DNA of 64,000 nucleotides from an uncultured Acidobacteriota bacterium (GTDB taxonomy: Bacteria; Acidobacteriota; Thermoanaerobaculia; UBA5066; Gp7-AA6): positions 668,183 through 732,182 of the forward strand of contig CAVPRN010000001.1 of the NCBI GenBank assembly GCA_963707935.1, given 5' to 3'. Made by a program: the position numbers and the translations under genes. Positions within the stretch are counted from its first letter, which is position 1. Each line of letters opens with the position of its first letter. The notes beneath the pieces are model-generated. The model searched no databases and was not told the DNA's origin. It saw nothing but the letters and a program-made list of their open reading frames with translations. Positions 30,945-43,262 of this stretch are shown here, one piece after another.

Positions 30945-32940
30945 ATGACCGTCCGAGGACTCCGTCTGCTGGCCTTCTGTGCCGGCCTCGCCGCCGCGAG
31001 CCGGGTCGAGGCCGCCTCCGCCTGGACGCCGTTCGGACCCCCCGGCGGGAGCGTCCGCTGCCTGGTACTCGACGCCGCGTCCGGGACTCTTTACGCCGGC
31101 ACCTACGGAGGTGGGATCTTCCGCTCGACCGATCGCGGGGCGACGTGGGTCTCGATCGCTCCGGAGATCCGAGGCCAGACCGTCCCGGCGGTGGCGATCG
31201 ATCCCGCCCGCCCCCAGACGGTTTTCGCGGGGACCCACAGCGACGGCGTCTGGCGGAGCCTCGACGGCGGCGCCACCTGGAAGCGGGTGCTCCACGGCGG
31301 GCGGGAGTTCGGCGACCAGCAGGCGCCGATCGCCGCGATTTCGTTCGACCCGGGCAACTCGAAAGTCGTGTATGTCGCGACCGACACGGGACCCAACGAC
31401 GGCGTGCACCGGAGCGGAGACGGCGGCGCGACGTGGGCGCGGAACACGGAGGGGCTGCCGCACAACTTCCGCATCAACGCCCTGGCGATCGACCCGAAGA
31501 CCCCCGCGACGCTCTACGTCGGACTGAACGGCGATGGCGTCTTCAAGTCCACGCGACGGCGGGAAGACATGGGCCGCGGCGGGCGAGGCGCTGCGCAAGG
31601 AGTCCGTGCTCTCCCTGGCGGTCGACCCGGCCTCGCCGCAGACGGTGTACGCCGGCGCGAACAACGAAGGGCTCTTCCAGTCGACCGACGGCGGCGCGAG
31701 CTGGAAGCCGCTCGCCTCCGGTCCGATGAAGGACGCGCGCGTCTATTCGATCGCGATCGACCGCGCCGGCCCGGGGACGTTCTGGGCCGGAATTCCGAAC
31801 GGGCTCCTGCGCAGCGCCGACGGCGGAAAGAGCTGGACCGACACGATGCCGGCCGCGAACTACATGAGTGTGCGCGCCGTCGAGCTCGATTCCTCCCGCG
31901 CGGGCTCCCTCTACGCCGCAACGTCGCGCGACGGCGTGCTCGTCTCGAACGACTCGGGGAAGACCTGGGCCCCGGCCGGGAGCGGGCTCTGGAGCCTCGA
32001 CGTCACGGGAGTCGCGACCGATCCGGCCGCGCCGGCGACCGCCTGGGTCTCGACGAGCGGCGGCGGCGTCTTCAAGACGTCCGACGGCGGCGCGACCTGG
32101 ACCCTGAAGAGCGAGGGGATGACCGACCGGTCGGTCGCCTGTCTCCTCTACGAGCCGGCGTCGCGCACCCTCTACGCGGGCACCGACGACGGCGTCTTCG
32201 CGAGCGCCGACGGGGCCGAGAAGTGGGTGGCCGCGAAGTCCGGGATCGGCCGCACGAAAGTGATCGCGCTCGCCGTCGATCCGGCCAATCCGCGGACGCT
32301 CTACGCCCGGGACGCCTTCTTTCTCCATATGAGCTCGGACGGCGGAGCGACGTGGACGAAGTCGAGCTTCGACCTCGACGCCTCCGGCACGATCAACGGG
32401 CTCTTCGCCTTGACGGCCGATCCTGCCGCGCCGGAGACGGTCTTCACGAGCGTGTATCGCCAGCTCTGGAAGAGCGGCGACGGCGGGAAGTCCTTCGCGA
32501 AGGGCGGCACGGGACTCCCTCTCGAGCGCGTTCAGGTGATCCTGGCCGACGCCGGCTCGAAGACGCTCTACGCCGGCACGGAGGGGGAAGGGGTCTATCG
32601 CTCTTCCGACGGCGGCGCGAGCTGGACCGCGAGCTCGACGGGAATGGGGTCCGTCAACGTCCAGGCGCTCGTCCTCGATCCGGCCTCGGGCGCGATCTAC
32701 GCCGCGGCGTGGAAGGAGGGGATCTTCGCGAGCAAGGACGGCGGGAAGAGCTGGACGCCGGTCGGCGGAAGCCCGCCGCATCCCGACGTCATCGCGCTCG
32801 CGCTCGACCGCTCCGGCCCGGGCCGCGTGCTCGTCGGCACGGGCGGGGGGAGCGTCTGGCGGCTCGACACGACCGTTGCGCCACCGCCGGCGGCGGCGCC
32901 GAAGCCGACACCGGCTCCCGTCAAGAAGAAGAAGTCGTAA
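30945..32940 (+). CDS. Secreted BNR/Asp-box (VPS10/YCF48-like) beta-propeller protein (frameshift near 31550)
   Basis: Signal peptide; more than ten S-x-D-G-G-x-[ST]-W Asp boxes. Confidence 0.88.
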
Positions 32941-32956
32941 GGGAGGAGGAACCGCG

Positions 32957-34275
32957 ATGCCCAGGCTCCGCGCGCTCGTTCTCGGGCTCCTGTGGATCGT
33001 CGCCGCGATTCTCGCGGCGGCGCAGTCGGCCGCGCCCGGCCCCGCCACCGTGATCCGCGCCGGCGCGCTCATCGACGGCAAGTCCGCCGCTGTCCACCGC
33101 GGACCAGGTCATCGTGGTCCGCGGCAACCGGATCGAGAGCGTCGCCGACGCCGCCGGCGCGAAGATCCCGGACGGCGCGAAAGTGATCGACCTCTCGCGC
33201 GCGACGGTGCTGCCCGGCCTGATCGACTGCCACACGCACATCTTTCTCCAGGGGGAGGATCCGGCCGAGGGAGGCTACGACGCGCAGCTCCTGAAGCAGG
33301 GTCTCGCGTTCCGCGCGGCGCGCGCGACGGTCGCGGCGCGGCGGGCCCTCGAGCAGGGGTTCACGACGATCCGGGACGTCGAGACGGAGGGCGCCGGATA
33401 CGGCGACGTCGGGATCAAGCAGGCGATCGAGCAGGGCTACATCCCGGGGCCCGCGCATGTTCGTCGTGACGCGCGCGATCTCTTCGACCGGCGGGTACCC
33501 GCTCGAGGACTACGCCCCCGAGGTGAACGTGCCGAAAGGGGCGCAGATCGTGGACGGGCCCGTCGAGGCGCGGAAGGCCGTGCGCGAGCAGCTCGACCAC
33601 GGCGCCGACTGGATCAAGATCTACGTGACGCACCGCTCCTGGGTGGACAGGGCGGGCAACCTCGTGTCGCAGCCGACCTTCACCGTCGAGGAGATCCGGG
33701 CGATCGTGGACGAGGCGCACGGGTGGGGGAAGAAGGTCGCCTGCCACGCCTACAACGGCGTCGGGCTGCACCGCGGCCTCGACGGCGGCTGCGACTCGAT
33801 CGAGCACGGCCTCGAGCTCGACGACGCGGCGGTCGCGCAGATGGTCAAGCAGGGGACCTGGCTCGTGCCGACGATGAGCCCCTACTACGACCACTGGGCC
33901 CCCGAAGGGACGCCGGACGGCGCGCGCGACCGCAAGCGGGTCGCCGTGCACGGGCCCTCGCTCCAGAAGGCCATGAAGGCCGGCGTGAAGATCGCCTTCG
34001 GCACGGACGTGGGCGGGTTTTCGTGGAACGACCGATCGCGCGGGAGTTCTCGCGGCTCATCGAGTTCGGCATGACGCCGATGGCCGCGATCCAGTCGGCG
34101 ACCGTCGCGGGCGGCCGAGCTTCTCGGGATGGCCGGGGAAATCGGCGTCGTCGCGCCCGGCGCCTACGCCGACGTCGTGGCGGTCTCGGGCGATCCCCTC
34201 GCCGACGTCAAGGTCCTCGAGTCGGTCGGTTTCGTGATGAAGGACGGGAAGGTGTACCGGGACGAGATTCGCTAG
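32957..34275 (+). CDS. Secreted amidohydrolase (Xaa-Pro dipeptidase-like), several frameshifts
   Basis: LPGLIDCHTH, GFTTIRD, GADWIK, ACHAY, SIEHG, FGTD, FVMKDG across frames. Confidence 0.88.
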
Positions 34276-34286
34276 CCTCTCCGCTA

Positions 34287-34347
34287 GGGGTCAACCGTGC
34301 ACTCCTGCGCTTCTCTGAAAAAAGCGCAACATTGCACGGTTGACCCC
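34287..34347. repeat. 61-bp palindromic element made of two RAYT end repeats in inverted orientation (REPIN/MITE-like)
   Basis: GGGGTCAACCGTGCACTCCTGCGCTT..AAGCGCAACATTGCACGGTTGACCCC between convergent genes. Confidence 0.92.
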
Positions 34348-34363
34348 GGAGGCACTGCCCGCC

Positions 34364-36938
34364 CTACCGAAGCCCTTCGACGAGGTACAGGTCCGAAGAC
34401 GATGCGCGCGAGGCGGTGTACGCGTACGAGCGGCCGTCGGGTGTGATGGTCACGTTGTTGATGGCGAACAGGCCGGCGCGGTCCGCGGGCGCCAGCTCCT
34501 TCCAGAGCTGCCGGGCGCCGGTCGCGATCTCGACCTTGAAGACGCGCCGGGGCAGCGGAGCTTCCGGGTTGAGGACATAGAGGAAGCGGCCGTCGTCGCT
34601 CCACTGGACGGCCCGCTCTTCCCGTTCCGTGCCCGGCACGACACGCTTCTCGCCGCCCTCGACCGGACAGAGGAAGACGTGTTCCTCTTTGTCGAAGTAG
34701 ATCGCGATCATGCGCCCGTCCGGCGAGGCCACACTGTTTCCCTGCGCGCCCTCCGGTGTGAAGGGCCTTGGGGCGCCGCCCGCGCCGTCCAGGATCCAGT
34801 AGCGTCGGTCGTGCCCTGGCGGGGCGCCGATGAGCCGGATGGTCTTTCCGTCCGGCATGAAAGCAGCGAAGAAAGGCTTGACGTCGCCTGTCGGAACCTG
34901 TCTCGGCTGACCCGGACCCGTCGGATAGAGCATCAATTTGCCGTCGAAGACCGCGAGCACGGACTTGCCGTCCGGCGAAAGGACCGCCGTGTCCCCTCCG
35001 CCGAGGCGCACCGGAGGCGAGCCGTCGGTCTTTCGGAGGTAGACGGCTCCCTTCGAGCCCGAGGAGTCCCCGATCTCGACGAACGCCATCGTCTCGCCGT
35101 CCGGCGACAGCGTGCCGGCGACGCTCCAGTCGAGCCAGGATAGTTCCCGCTCCTGCGGCATCGCGGGGACCGCGAAAGAGAAGCGTGGACTTCAGCGTCC
35201 GCCGCTCCAGCAGAGCAGCGCCGTTCGCCGCGACATCGCAGATGCCGAGAACGTCCGGACTGGCCAGAATCGTCCGGCGCTTCCCCCCGAGCGTGACCGC
35301 GCGAAGAAGCGTCCCGGCCGCCTCCCCGAGTTCGTCATACCAGATCTCCTTTCCCGACGGGTGCCAGGAGAGATCGGTGAGCCCGCTTCCTTTCGCGACG
35401 AGCGTCCGTTTCGCGCCGGTTCGATCCGCCAGAACGATCGAGTCGGAATCGCGCCCCTGGCTGACGTAGGCGACGCTCCGGCCGTCGGGCGACACGCGCG
35501 GAGAGAAGAAGAAGATGGTCGTCGCGTCGAGCGTCTTGCCGGCCGGAAACTCGAGGCGGATCTGTCCTTCGACTTCGTGCACGACGGCGAGCTCCTTGCC
35601 GTCCGGGCTCCAGTCGGCGTCGAAGGCGTTCTCCAGGACCGGGCGCGGCGCTCCGCCGAGCAGAGGGACCTGTGCGAGCGTCCCCTTCGTGAACCAGCGC
35701 AGCGTCGGCTCCTTGCGCAGGCTCAGGGCGATCTCACCGTCGCGGGAGACGGCGAGGACACGACTGTTCGAGATGCCGAGCGACCTGGGCTCACCGCCGT
35801 CCGCCCTCGCCAGGAAGAGCTCGCTCGGCTTTCCGTCGTAGGAGGCGTTGTAGACGATCGTCTTGCCGTCCGGCGCGAACCGCGCGCCGATGATCAGGCC
35901 GCTGCGGAAAGTCAGGCGGCGGAAGCTCGGCGACCCCATGTCCTCCTGTCGCGACCCGCCCCTGCCGATCCAGTACGCCGCGGCGAGAGCTCCCGCCGCC
36001 GCGAGAAGCACGGCCCCGGCGAGAATCGGCCGACGCGCGCGACGGGCATTCCCGGCCGCCGGCGCCGCCGACGGCGCGGAGAGGCCCGACAGGGCCTCGA
36101 GGTCGAAGGCGAGGTCGTGCGCGGAGTGGAACCTCTGTTCGGGGTTCTTCTCGAGGCAGTGGCGGACGATACGCTCGAGCCCGGGGGAGACGTTCTGATT
36201 GGTCGCCGAGAGATCGGGCGGGTCCTCTTTGAGGATCGCCGACATCGTGTCGGCCGCCGAGTCGCCCTGGAAGGCGCGCCGGCCTGCGAGCATCTCGTAG
36301 AGGATGGCGCCGAAGGAGAAGAGGTCGGAACGGTGGTCGGCCGGCCGTCCCCGCACCTGCTCGGGCGACATGTATCCGAGCGTCCCCAGGACGACGCCCG
36401 GCTCCGTTCCGGCCGACGCGGTCGGGAGATTCGTCGCCTGGCTTCCTTCGATCTCGGGCTGGATCAGCTTGGCCAGGCCGAAGTCGAGGATCTTGACCCG
36501 CCCGTCTCGGGTCACGAACAGGTTCTCGGGCTTCAGGTCCCGGTGGACGATCCCCTTCTCGTGCGCCGCGGCGAGTCCGTGGGCGACTTGGAGGGCGTAG
36601 TCGGTCGCCTTGCGCGCGGAGAGTCGTCCGCCCGCCAGCGTGGAACGGAGCGTTTCGCCTTCGAGCAATTCCTCGACGACGTACGGAGCTCCTTCATGCT
36701 GGCCGATGTCGTAGACGGCGGTGATGTTGGGATGGTTCAGGAGGCCGGCTGCGCGCGCCTCCTGCTCGAAGCGGCGCAGGCGGTCGGCATCCTGCGAGAG
36801 GGATGCGGGCAGCACCTTGACCGCGACCTCGCGGCCGAGGCGCGGGTCCTTCGCGCGGTAGACCTCGCCCATCCCTCCCGCGCCGAGAGGCGCCAGGATC
36901 TCGTAGGGACCGAGGCGGGAGCCCGAGGCGAGTGTCAT
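34364..36938 (-). CDS. Ser/Thr protein kinase K4 with TM and TolB/PD40 domain (frameshift near 35165)
   Basis: Full Hanks motifs; ends DLYLVEGLR*; paralogue of K1. Confidence 0.92.
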
Positions 36939-37003
36939 CGGAGTGGCGCGCGAATTCTAACGCTCGCAGGGAGCGCGTCTCCCGAAACCGCAGGGAGGCG
37001 GGA

Positions 37004-39795
37004 TTACTTCGCCGGAGAGTCTGCGGGCGATTTCTTCGCGAAGTCTCCGGCCTTCACGACCGTGAACTGCGCCGGGTCGAGGTGCTTGCGCATGGCGGCG
37101 GCGACGTCGGCCGGCGTCAGCGCCGCGATCTTCTTCTCGAAGTCCTCGTCCCAGGCGAGCGTTCGTTTCAAGTACATCGAGCCCGCGAGCGCGCGGGCGA
37201 GGCTCGAGTCCTGGGCCCGGCCTACCTGCTGCGCCTGCAGGTACCCCTTCTTCGCCTCCGCCACTTCCGAATCGGTGAAACCGTCCTTCAGGACCCGGTC
37301 CATCTCCTCCCGCATCGCGGTCTCGAGCCGGCCGGCGTTCTGCGGCGCGTAGAGGGCGTAGCTGACGAAGCTCCCGGAGGAATCGAGGGGGGAGGCGGAG
37401 AGCTCGGATCCGACTCCGTAGCTCAAGCCTTCCTTCTGGCGGATTCGCGTCGCGAAGCGGGAGTTCAGGAACCCGCCTCCCAGCATGTAGTCCCCGAGCA
37501 CGAGAGCCGGGTAGTCGGGATCGTCGTCCCGGAGCCGAAGGTTCTGTCCCGCGATGTAGAAGGCGTTCGCCTTGTCGGGGGTCTCGACGCTCTCTTTCGA
37601 CAGCGCGATCGCCTGATACGGGTGAGGGATCCGCTCGAAGGCGCGCGGGCTCTTCCAGTCTCCGAAGAGGCGCGTCACGTTCTCGACCGTTTCCTTCGGA
37701 TCGAAGTCGCCGACGAGCGCGAGCTCGCCCACGCTCGCGCCGTAGAAGTCGCCGTGGAACTTCTTCGCGTCGTCGAGGGTCGCGGCCGTGTAGCTCGCGA
37801 GCGCCTCGTCCGGCGTCTCGACGTAGCGGACGTCCCCTTTCGGGTAGGCATTCATGCGCCGCGAGTAGAGGTTGATCGCGCGGGCATCCGGCTCGCTCTT
37901 CTGCTGCTCGATCGCGGCGTAGGTCTGCTGCTTCAACTGCTCGAACTCGCTCGACGGCCAGGCGGGCTCGCGCAGGACCTCGGCGACGAGCACCAGGACG
38001 GCGGGCAGGTTCGCCCGGAGGGTCTCGACGCCGACGGAGACCTGGGTCGGCCCGCCGGAGACCCCGACGCGCGCCTTCAGGCGGTCGAACTCGTCCTTCA
38101 ACTGCTGCCGGGTGTGCTTCGCCGTCCCGCGCGCCAGCATGTCGGCGGCGAGGTCGGCCGCAGCGGCCTTGTCCGACGAGGCTCTTCTCGTCGCCGAAGC
38201 GAAGCGTCATCGACAGCGACGACGGTGCTGCCGCGCGTCTTCTTCGGCAGCAAGCGCGAGCTGCAGGCCGTTCGGGAGCTTCGTGCGCGTGGTTCTCGCC
38301 TCGATGTTGGCGGGAGAGGCGTCGAACGCCTCGCCCTGTGCGACGGCCGCCTCGCCCTTGTAGTCCTTGAGGATCGCGGCGACGTCCGGCGTCGCCGGCA
38401 TCTCGGCGCGGTCGGGCTTGCCCGTCGGGAGGAAGAGGCCGACGGTCCGGTTCGAGGGCTTCAGGTACTCGAGGGCCACGCGCTGAACGTCTTCCGCGGT
38501 GAGCGCCTTCACGCGGTCGCGGTTCAGGAAGAAGAGGCGCCAGTCGCCCGCGCCGATCCACTCGGACATCTCGATGCCGACGCCGTCGGCCGAGTTCAAC
38601 GTCAGCTCGATGTTCTTCAGAAGCTTCGTCCGGGCGCGCTCGACCTCCTCCGCGGTGATCGGGGTCGCAACGATCCCGTCGAGGGTCGCGAGCATCGTCT
38701 TCTCGGCGTCGTCGAGCGAAGACTCCCTGCCGCACCTGCGCCTGGAGCATCAGGAACGCCGGGATCGTGCAGGAAGAGGAAGAAGTCGGAGACCGCGACG
38801 GCCTTCTTCGACTCGACGAGCGCTTTGTAGAGGCGCCCGGACGGCGCGTCGGTCAGGACTGAGGCCGAGCACGTCCACGGCGGCGGAGTCGGGGTGCGGG
38901 CCGGACGGGACGTGGTAGGCGACGGCGAGCGCCTGCACGTCGCCCACGCGCTGGAGGACGACGCGCCGCTCGCCGTCCTGCGCCGGCTCGGCCGTGTAGG
39001 TCTTCGGGAGCGCGCGCTTCGGGCGCGGAATGCTTGCCGAAGATCCGGTTGACCTTCGCGAGCGTCTTCGCCTCGTCGAACCGGCCGGCGATCAACAGAT
39101 ACGCGTTGTCCGGCTGGTAGTAGGTCCGCCAGAACGCCTGGAGCCGCTCGATCGGAACGTTCTCGATGTCGGCGCGCGAGCCGATCGTGTCCTTGCCGTA
39201 GTTGTGCCAGAGGTACGCCGTCGAGAGGATGCGCTCGGCGAGCACGGTGTCGGGATCGTTCTCGCCGGATTCGAACTCGTTGCGCACGACGGTCATCTCG
39301 CTGTCGAGGTCCTTCTTCGCGATGAAGGAGTTGACCATCCGGTCGGCCTCGAGCTCGAGCGCCCATCGCAGGTTCTCGTCGGTCGCCGGATAGTCTCGAA
39401 GTAGTTCGTGCGGTCGTACCAGGTCGCTCGCGTTGGCGACGCGCGCCGTGCGCCGTCGAGCTCCTGTAGATGTTCGCGTGCTTCGGCGTCCCCTTGAACA
39501 TCAGGTGCTCGAGCAGGTGCGCCATCCCCGTCTCGCCGTAGTTCTCGTGGCGCGAGCCGACGAGGTAGGTCAGGTTGACCGTGACGGTCGGCTTCGTCGG
39601 ATCGGGGAAGAGGAGGACGTGGAGGCCGTTGCCGAGGACGTACTCGGTGATTCCTTCGACGGAAGTGACCTTCGCCGGAGCGGCCGGCGGCGCCGGCTTC
39701 GGTTTGGGCGCCGCCGCCGGCGCCTGGGCCGAGAGGCGGGCGGCGAGGGCGAGCGCGGCGAGCAGGGACAGGAAGAGCCTGTGCGATCGGTTCAT
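37004..39795 (-). CDS. M16 (pitrilysin-family) zinc protease, heavily frameshifted in this assembly
   Basis: Signal peptide; [14 protein letters not shown] (HxxEH); YYQPDNA; [11 protein letters not shown]. Confidence 0.88.
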
Positions 39796-39931
39796 CGGGT
39801 GATCGGAACATCGAATCATCGTCGTGTCATTCCCCTTCGATCTCCCGATCCTCCGATCTTCCGATCCTTCGATCGCCCGATCTCCCGATTCCCCGATGAC
39901 CCGATCTCCCGATGATCCGATTTCCCGATTC
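39785..39931. repeat. Two oppositely oriented blocks of 8-bp tandem repeats (about 5 ATCG-core and 12 CGAT-core units)
   Basis: gatcggtt catcgggt gatcggaa catcgaat.. and ttcgatct cccgatcc tccgatct ... cccgattc (39836-39931). Confidence 0.85.
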
Positions 39932-39934
39932 CTC

Positions 39935-41027
39935 CTACCGGCTGATCCGGTAGATCGCGCCCGCGTAGTCGTCGGAGACGAGGAGCGCGCCGTCCGGCAT
40001 GACCAGGACGTCCACCGGACGGCCCCAGGCGCTTCCCGCCCTGGAGCCACCCCTCGGCGAAGGTCTCGTAGCGACACGGCCTTCCCGCCTTCCAGGCGCA
40101 CGAGGCTCACGCGATAGCCGATCTTGCTCGACGCGGTTCCAGGAGCCGTGCTCGGCGATGAAGATCTGATTGCGGTACTCGGGCGGAAACATCGTCCCCG
40201 TGTAGAAGCGCATGCCGAGCGCCGCGACGTGGGGGCCGAGCTCGCGTCCGGAGGGGTGAAATCCGCGCACGGCCGCTTCTTGCCGAACTCCGGGTCGGAG
40301 ATGTCGCGCCCGTGGCAGTACGGGAAGCCGAAGTGCATCCCCGCCCGCGGCGCGTGATCGAGCTCGTCGGGCGGCAGGTCGTCCCCCAGCCAGTCCCGGC
40401 CGTTGTCGGTGAACCAGAGCTCCTTCGTCCCCGGGTCCCAGTCGAAGCCGACGGTGTTGCGGACTCCCGAGGCGTAGAGCTCGACGGCCGAGCCGTCCGC
40501 CTTCATGCGGTGGATCGCGGCATAGACCGGGTCCTTCGGCTCGCAGATGTTGCACGGGGCTCCGACCGGCACGTAGAGCCAGCCCGTCGGGCCCGAACGC
40601 GATGAACTTCCAGCCGTGGTGCCCGTCCTTCGGGAAGTCGTCGCGGACGACGACGGGCGCGCCCGGTTTCGTCGAGGTGCGCGTCGATGTCGTCGTAGCG
40701 CAGGATGCGCGAGATCTCGGCGACGTAGAGCGCCCCGTCGCGGAAGGCGACTCCGTTGGGCGTCTTCAACCCCTGCGCGATCGTCCGGACTTCGCCCCCT
40801 TGCTCCGCGGTCCCGCGCCGGACCGCGTACACCTCGCTCTCCCGCGTACCGACGAAGAGCGTGCCGGCGGGCGAGATCGCCATCGAGCGGGCGTGCGGCA
40901 CGCGCGCGTAGAGACCGATCCGAAATCCGGCCGGGAGCCGGATCCGGTCGAGCGGCAGGGAATCCTTGTTGGCGGCCGCGCACGTCGCGGCCGCGAGGGC
41001 GGCGAGAGTCAGCGCGAACCGCCGCAC
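39935..41027 (-). CDS. PQQ-dependent glucose/sorbosone dehydrogenase family protein (frameshifted)
   Basis: [54 protein letters not shown]. Confidence 0.88.
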
Positions 41028-41037
41028 AATTCTCCGG

Positions 41038-43161
41038 CTACGAAGTGATGCCGAGCAGCGACAGGATGAACGCGTAGTCGAACGCGGTCTCCCGCAGCCG
41101 GTCGTAGCGGCCGGAGGAGCCGCCGTGCCCGCCGGCCATGTTGATCTTGAAGATGAGCGGGTTCTTGTCGGTCTTCGTGGCCCGCAGCTTCGCGACGTAC
41201 TTGGCCGGCTCCCAGTACATGACCTGGCTGTCGTCGAAGGACGTCTTGACGAGCATCGCCGGGTAGTCCTTCGCGGCGAGGTTGTCGTAGGGGCTGTAGC
41301 TCTTCATGTAGTCGTACTGCTCGGGGATCTTCGGGATTGCCCCACTCCTCGAACTCGCCCACGGTCAGCGGCAGCGACTCGTCGAGCATCGTGTTGATGA
41401 CGTCCACGAACGGCACGTGGTTGACGACGGCCTGGAAGAGGTCGGGGCGCATGTTGGTGACCGCGCCCATGAGGAGGCCGCCGGCGCTGCCGCCCTCGAT
41501 GACGAGGCGGTCCTTCGAGGTGTACTTGTCGGCGATCAGGGGCTCGGCGCACGCGATGAAGTCGGTGAACGTGTTCTTCTTCGACATCATCCGGCCCTGG
41601 TCGTGCCACTTCTTGCCCATCTCGCCGCCGCCGCGGATGTGCGCGATGGCGTAGACGAAGCCCCGGTCGAGCAGGCTGACGCGGTTCGAGCTGAAAGTCG
41701 GGAAGGTCGAGGAGCCGTAGGAGCCGTAGCCGTAGAGGAGCGCCGGGTTCTTTCCGTTCTTCTCGAGCCCTTCCGGTAGACGAGCGAGATCGGGATCTTC
41801 GTGCCGTCGGAGGCGGTCGCGTAGCGCCGCTCCGACTCGTAGCGGTCGGGGTCGTAGCCGCCGAGCACCTCGGTGCGCTTCAGGAGCGTGCTCCGGCGCG
41901 TCGCGATGTCGTAGTCGTAGACGCGACGACGGCGTCGTCAACGACTGGTAGTTGTAGCGGAAAGTCGAGGTGTCGAACTCCACGTTGTCCTGCGGGTAAG
42001 CCGAGTAGACCGGCTCGGGGAAGGCGATGCGGTGGGACTGGCCCGACGCGAGGTCGGTGATGCGGATCTGCTGCAGGCCGTCCTCGCGCTCCATCAGGAC
42101 CATGTGCGTCGGCGAAGAGATCGAGCCCCGAGACCATCACGTCCTCGCGGCAGGGCACGAGCTCCTTCCAGTTCTCGCGCCTCGGATCGGCGACAGGCGC
42201 GGTGACGACGCGGAAGTTGCGGCAGCCGCCGCTGTTCGTCCGGATGTAGAGCAGGTCGCCGCGGTGGTCGACGCCGTACTCGTGCTCCTTCTCGCGCGGG
42301 GCGATCATCTTCCATGTCCCGCCGGCTCGTCGGCCGGGAGGCATCCGCCACTCGTCGGCCGTGTGGGAGCCGGAGGCGAGGAAGAGGTACTTGCGGCTGC
42401 CCGAGCGCGAGACGCCGACCCGGAACATCTCGTCCTTCTCCTCGTAGACGAGCGCGTCGGACTTCGGATCGGCGCCGAGGGCGTGGCGGTAGAGACGGTA
42501 CGGGCGCTTGGCCGCGTCGTCCGCCGTGTAGAAGAGCGTCTTGTTGTCGGCGGCCCAGGCGATGCTCGAGACCTTCGGGACGGTCTCCGAGAAGATCTTG
42601 CCCGTCGCGAGGTCCTTGACGTGGAGCGTGTAGTCGCGGAAGCCCGTGTTGTCGGTCGTGTAGGCGAGCACGTTGCCGTCGTCGGTCACGTCCCAGTCGC
42701 CGACCGACATGAAGCGCTCGCCTTTCGCCATCTCGTTCAAGTCGAGGAGCACCTGCTCGGGCGCCTCGAGGGTCCCCTTCTTGCGGCAGTAGATCGGGTA
42801 CTGCTTCCCGGTCTCGGTGCGCGTGTAGTAGTAGAAGCCGCGCATCCGCTAGGGCACGGTCAGGTCGGTCTGTTTGATGCGGCCGAGCATCTCCTGCGTA
42901 GAGCTTTTCCTGGAGCGCTTCGGTCCCCTTCATGAACTCGTCGGCGTACTTGTTCTCGGCCTCGAGATACGCCCGGACCTCGGGATTCGAGCGTTCGCGC
43001 AGCCAGAAGTAGTCGTCCTGGAGCCTGTCGCCGTGGATGTCGAGGGTCTTCGTGTCCTTCTTGGCCATGGGCGGATTCGATGCGGGAGCGGCGATGCCCG
43101 CCGTGGACAGGGTGAGCGCGGTGGCCGCCAGCCCTGCCGCGAGTCTCGTCGTTCGCCTCAT
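41038..43161 (-). CDS. ptrB: Oligopeptidase B (S9A), secreted, frameshifted
   Basis: DDYFWLR, LLYGYGSYG, AHIRGGGEMG, GGSAGG nucleophile, PFVDV, GGHGG. Confidence 0.9.
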
Positions 43162-43262
43162 GCGATCTCCTTTCAGAGCGAGGCGCGATTCTAGCAGCCG
43201 GAGTCGGTCCGGCGGGCCGCGAGGGCCGTAGAATCGGGGCCCTCGAAAGTCGGAGGACCTCG

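Noticed and set aside
37004-43161. Programmed frameshifting or true pseudogenes in the peptidase genes
   Set aside because: Too many scattered indels with no consistent slippery site, and catalytic motifs are intact; sequencing error is more likely
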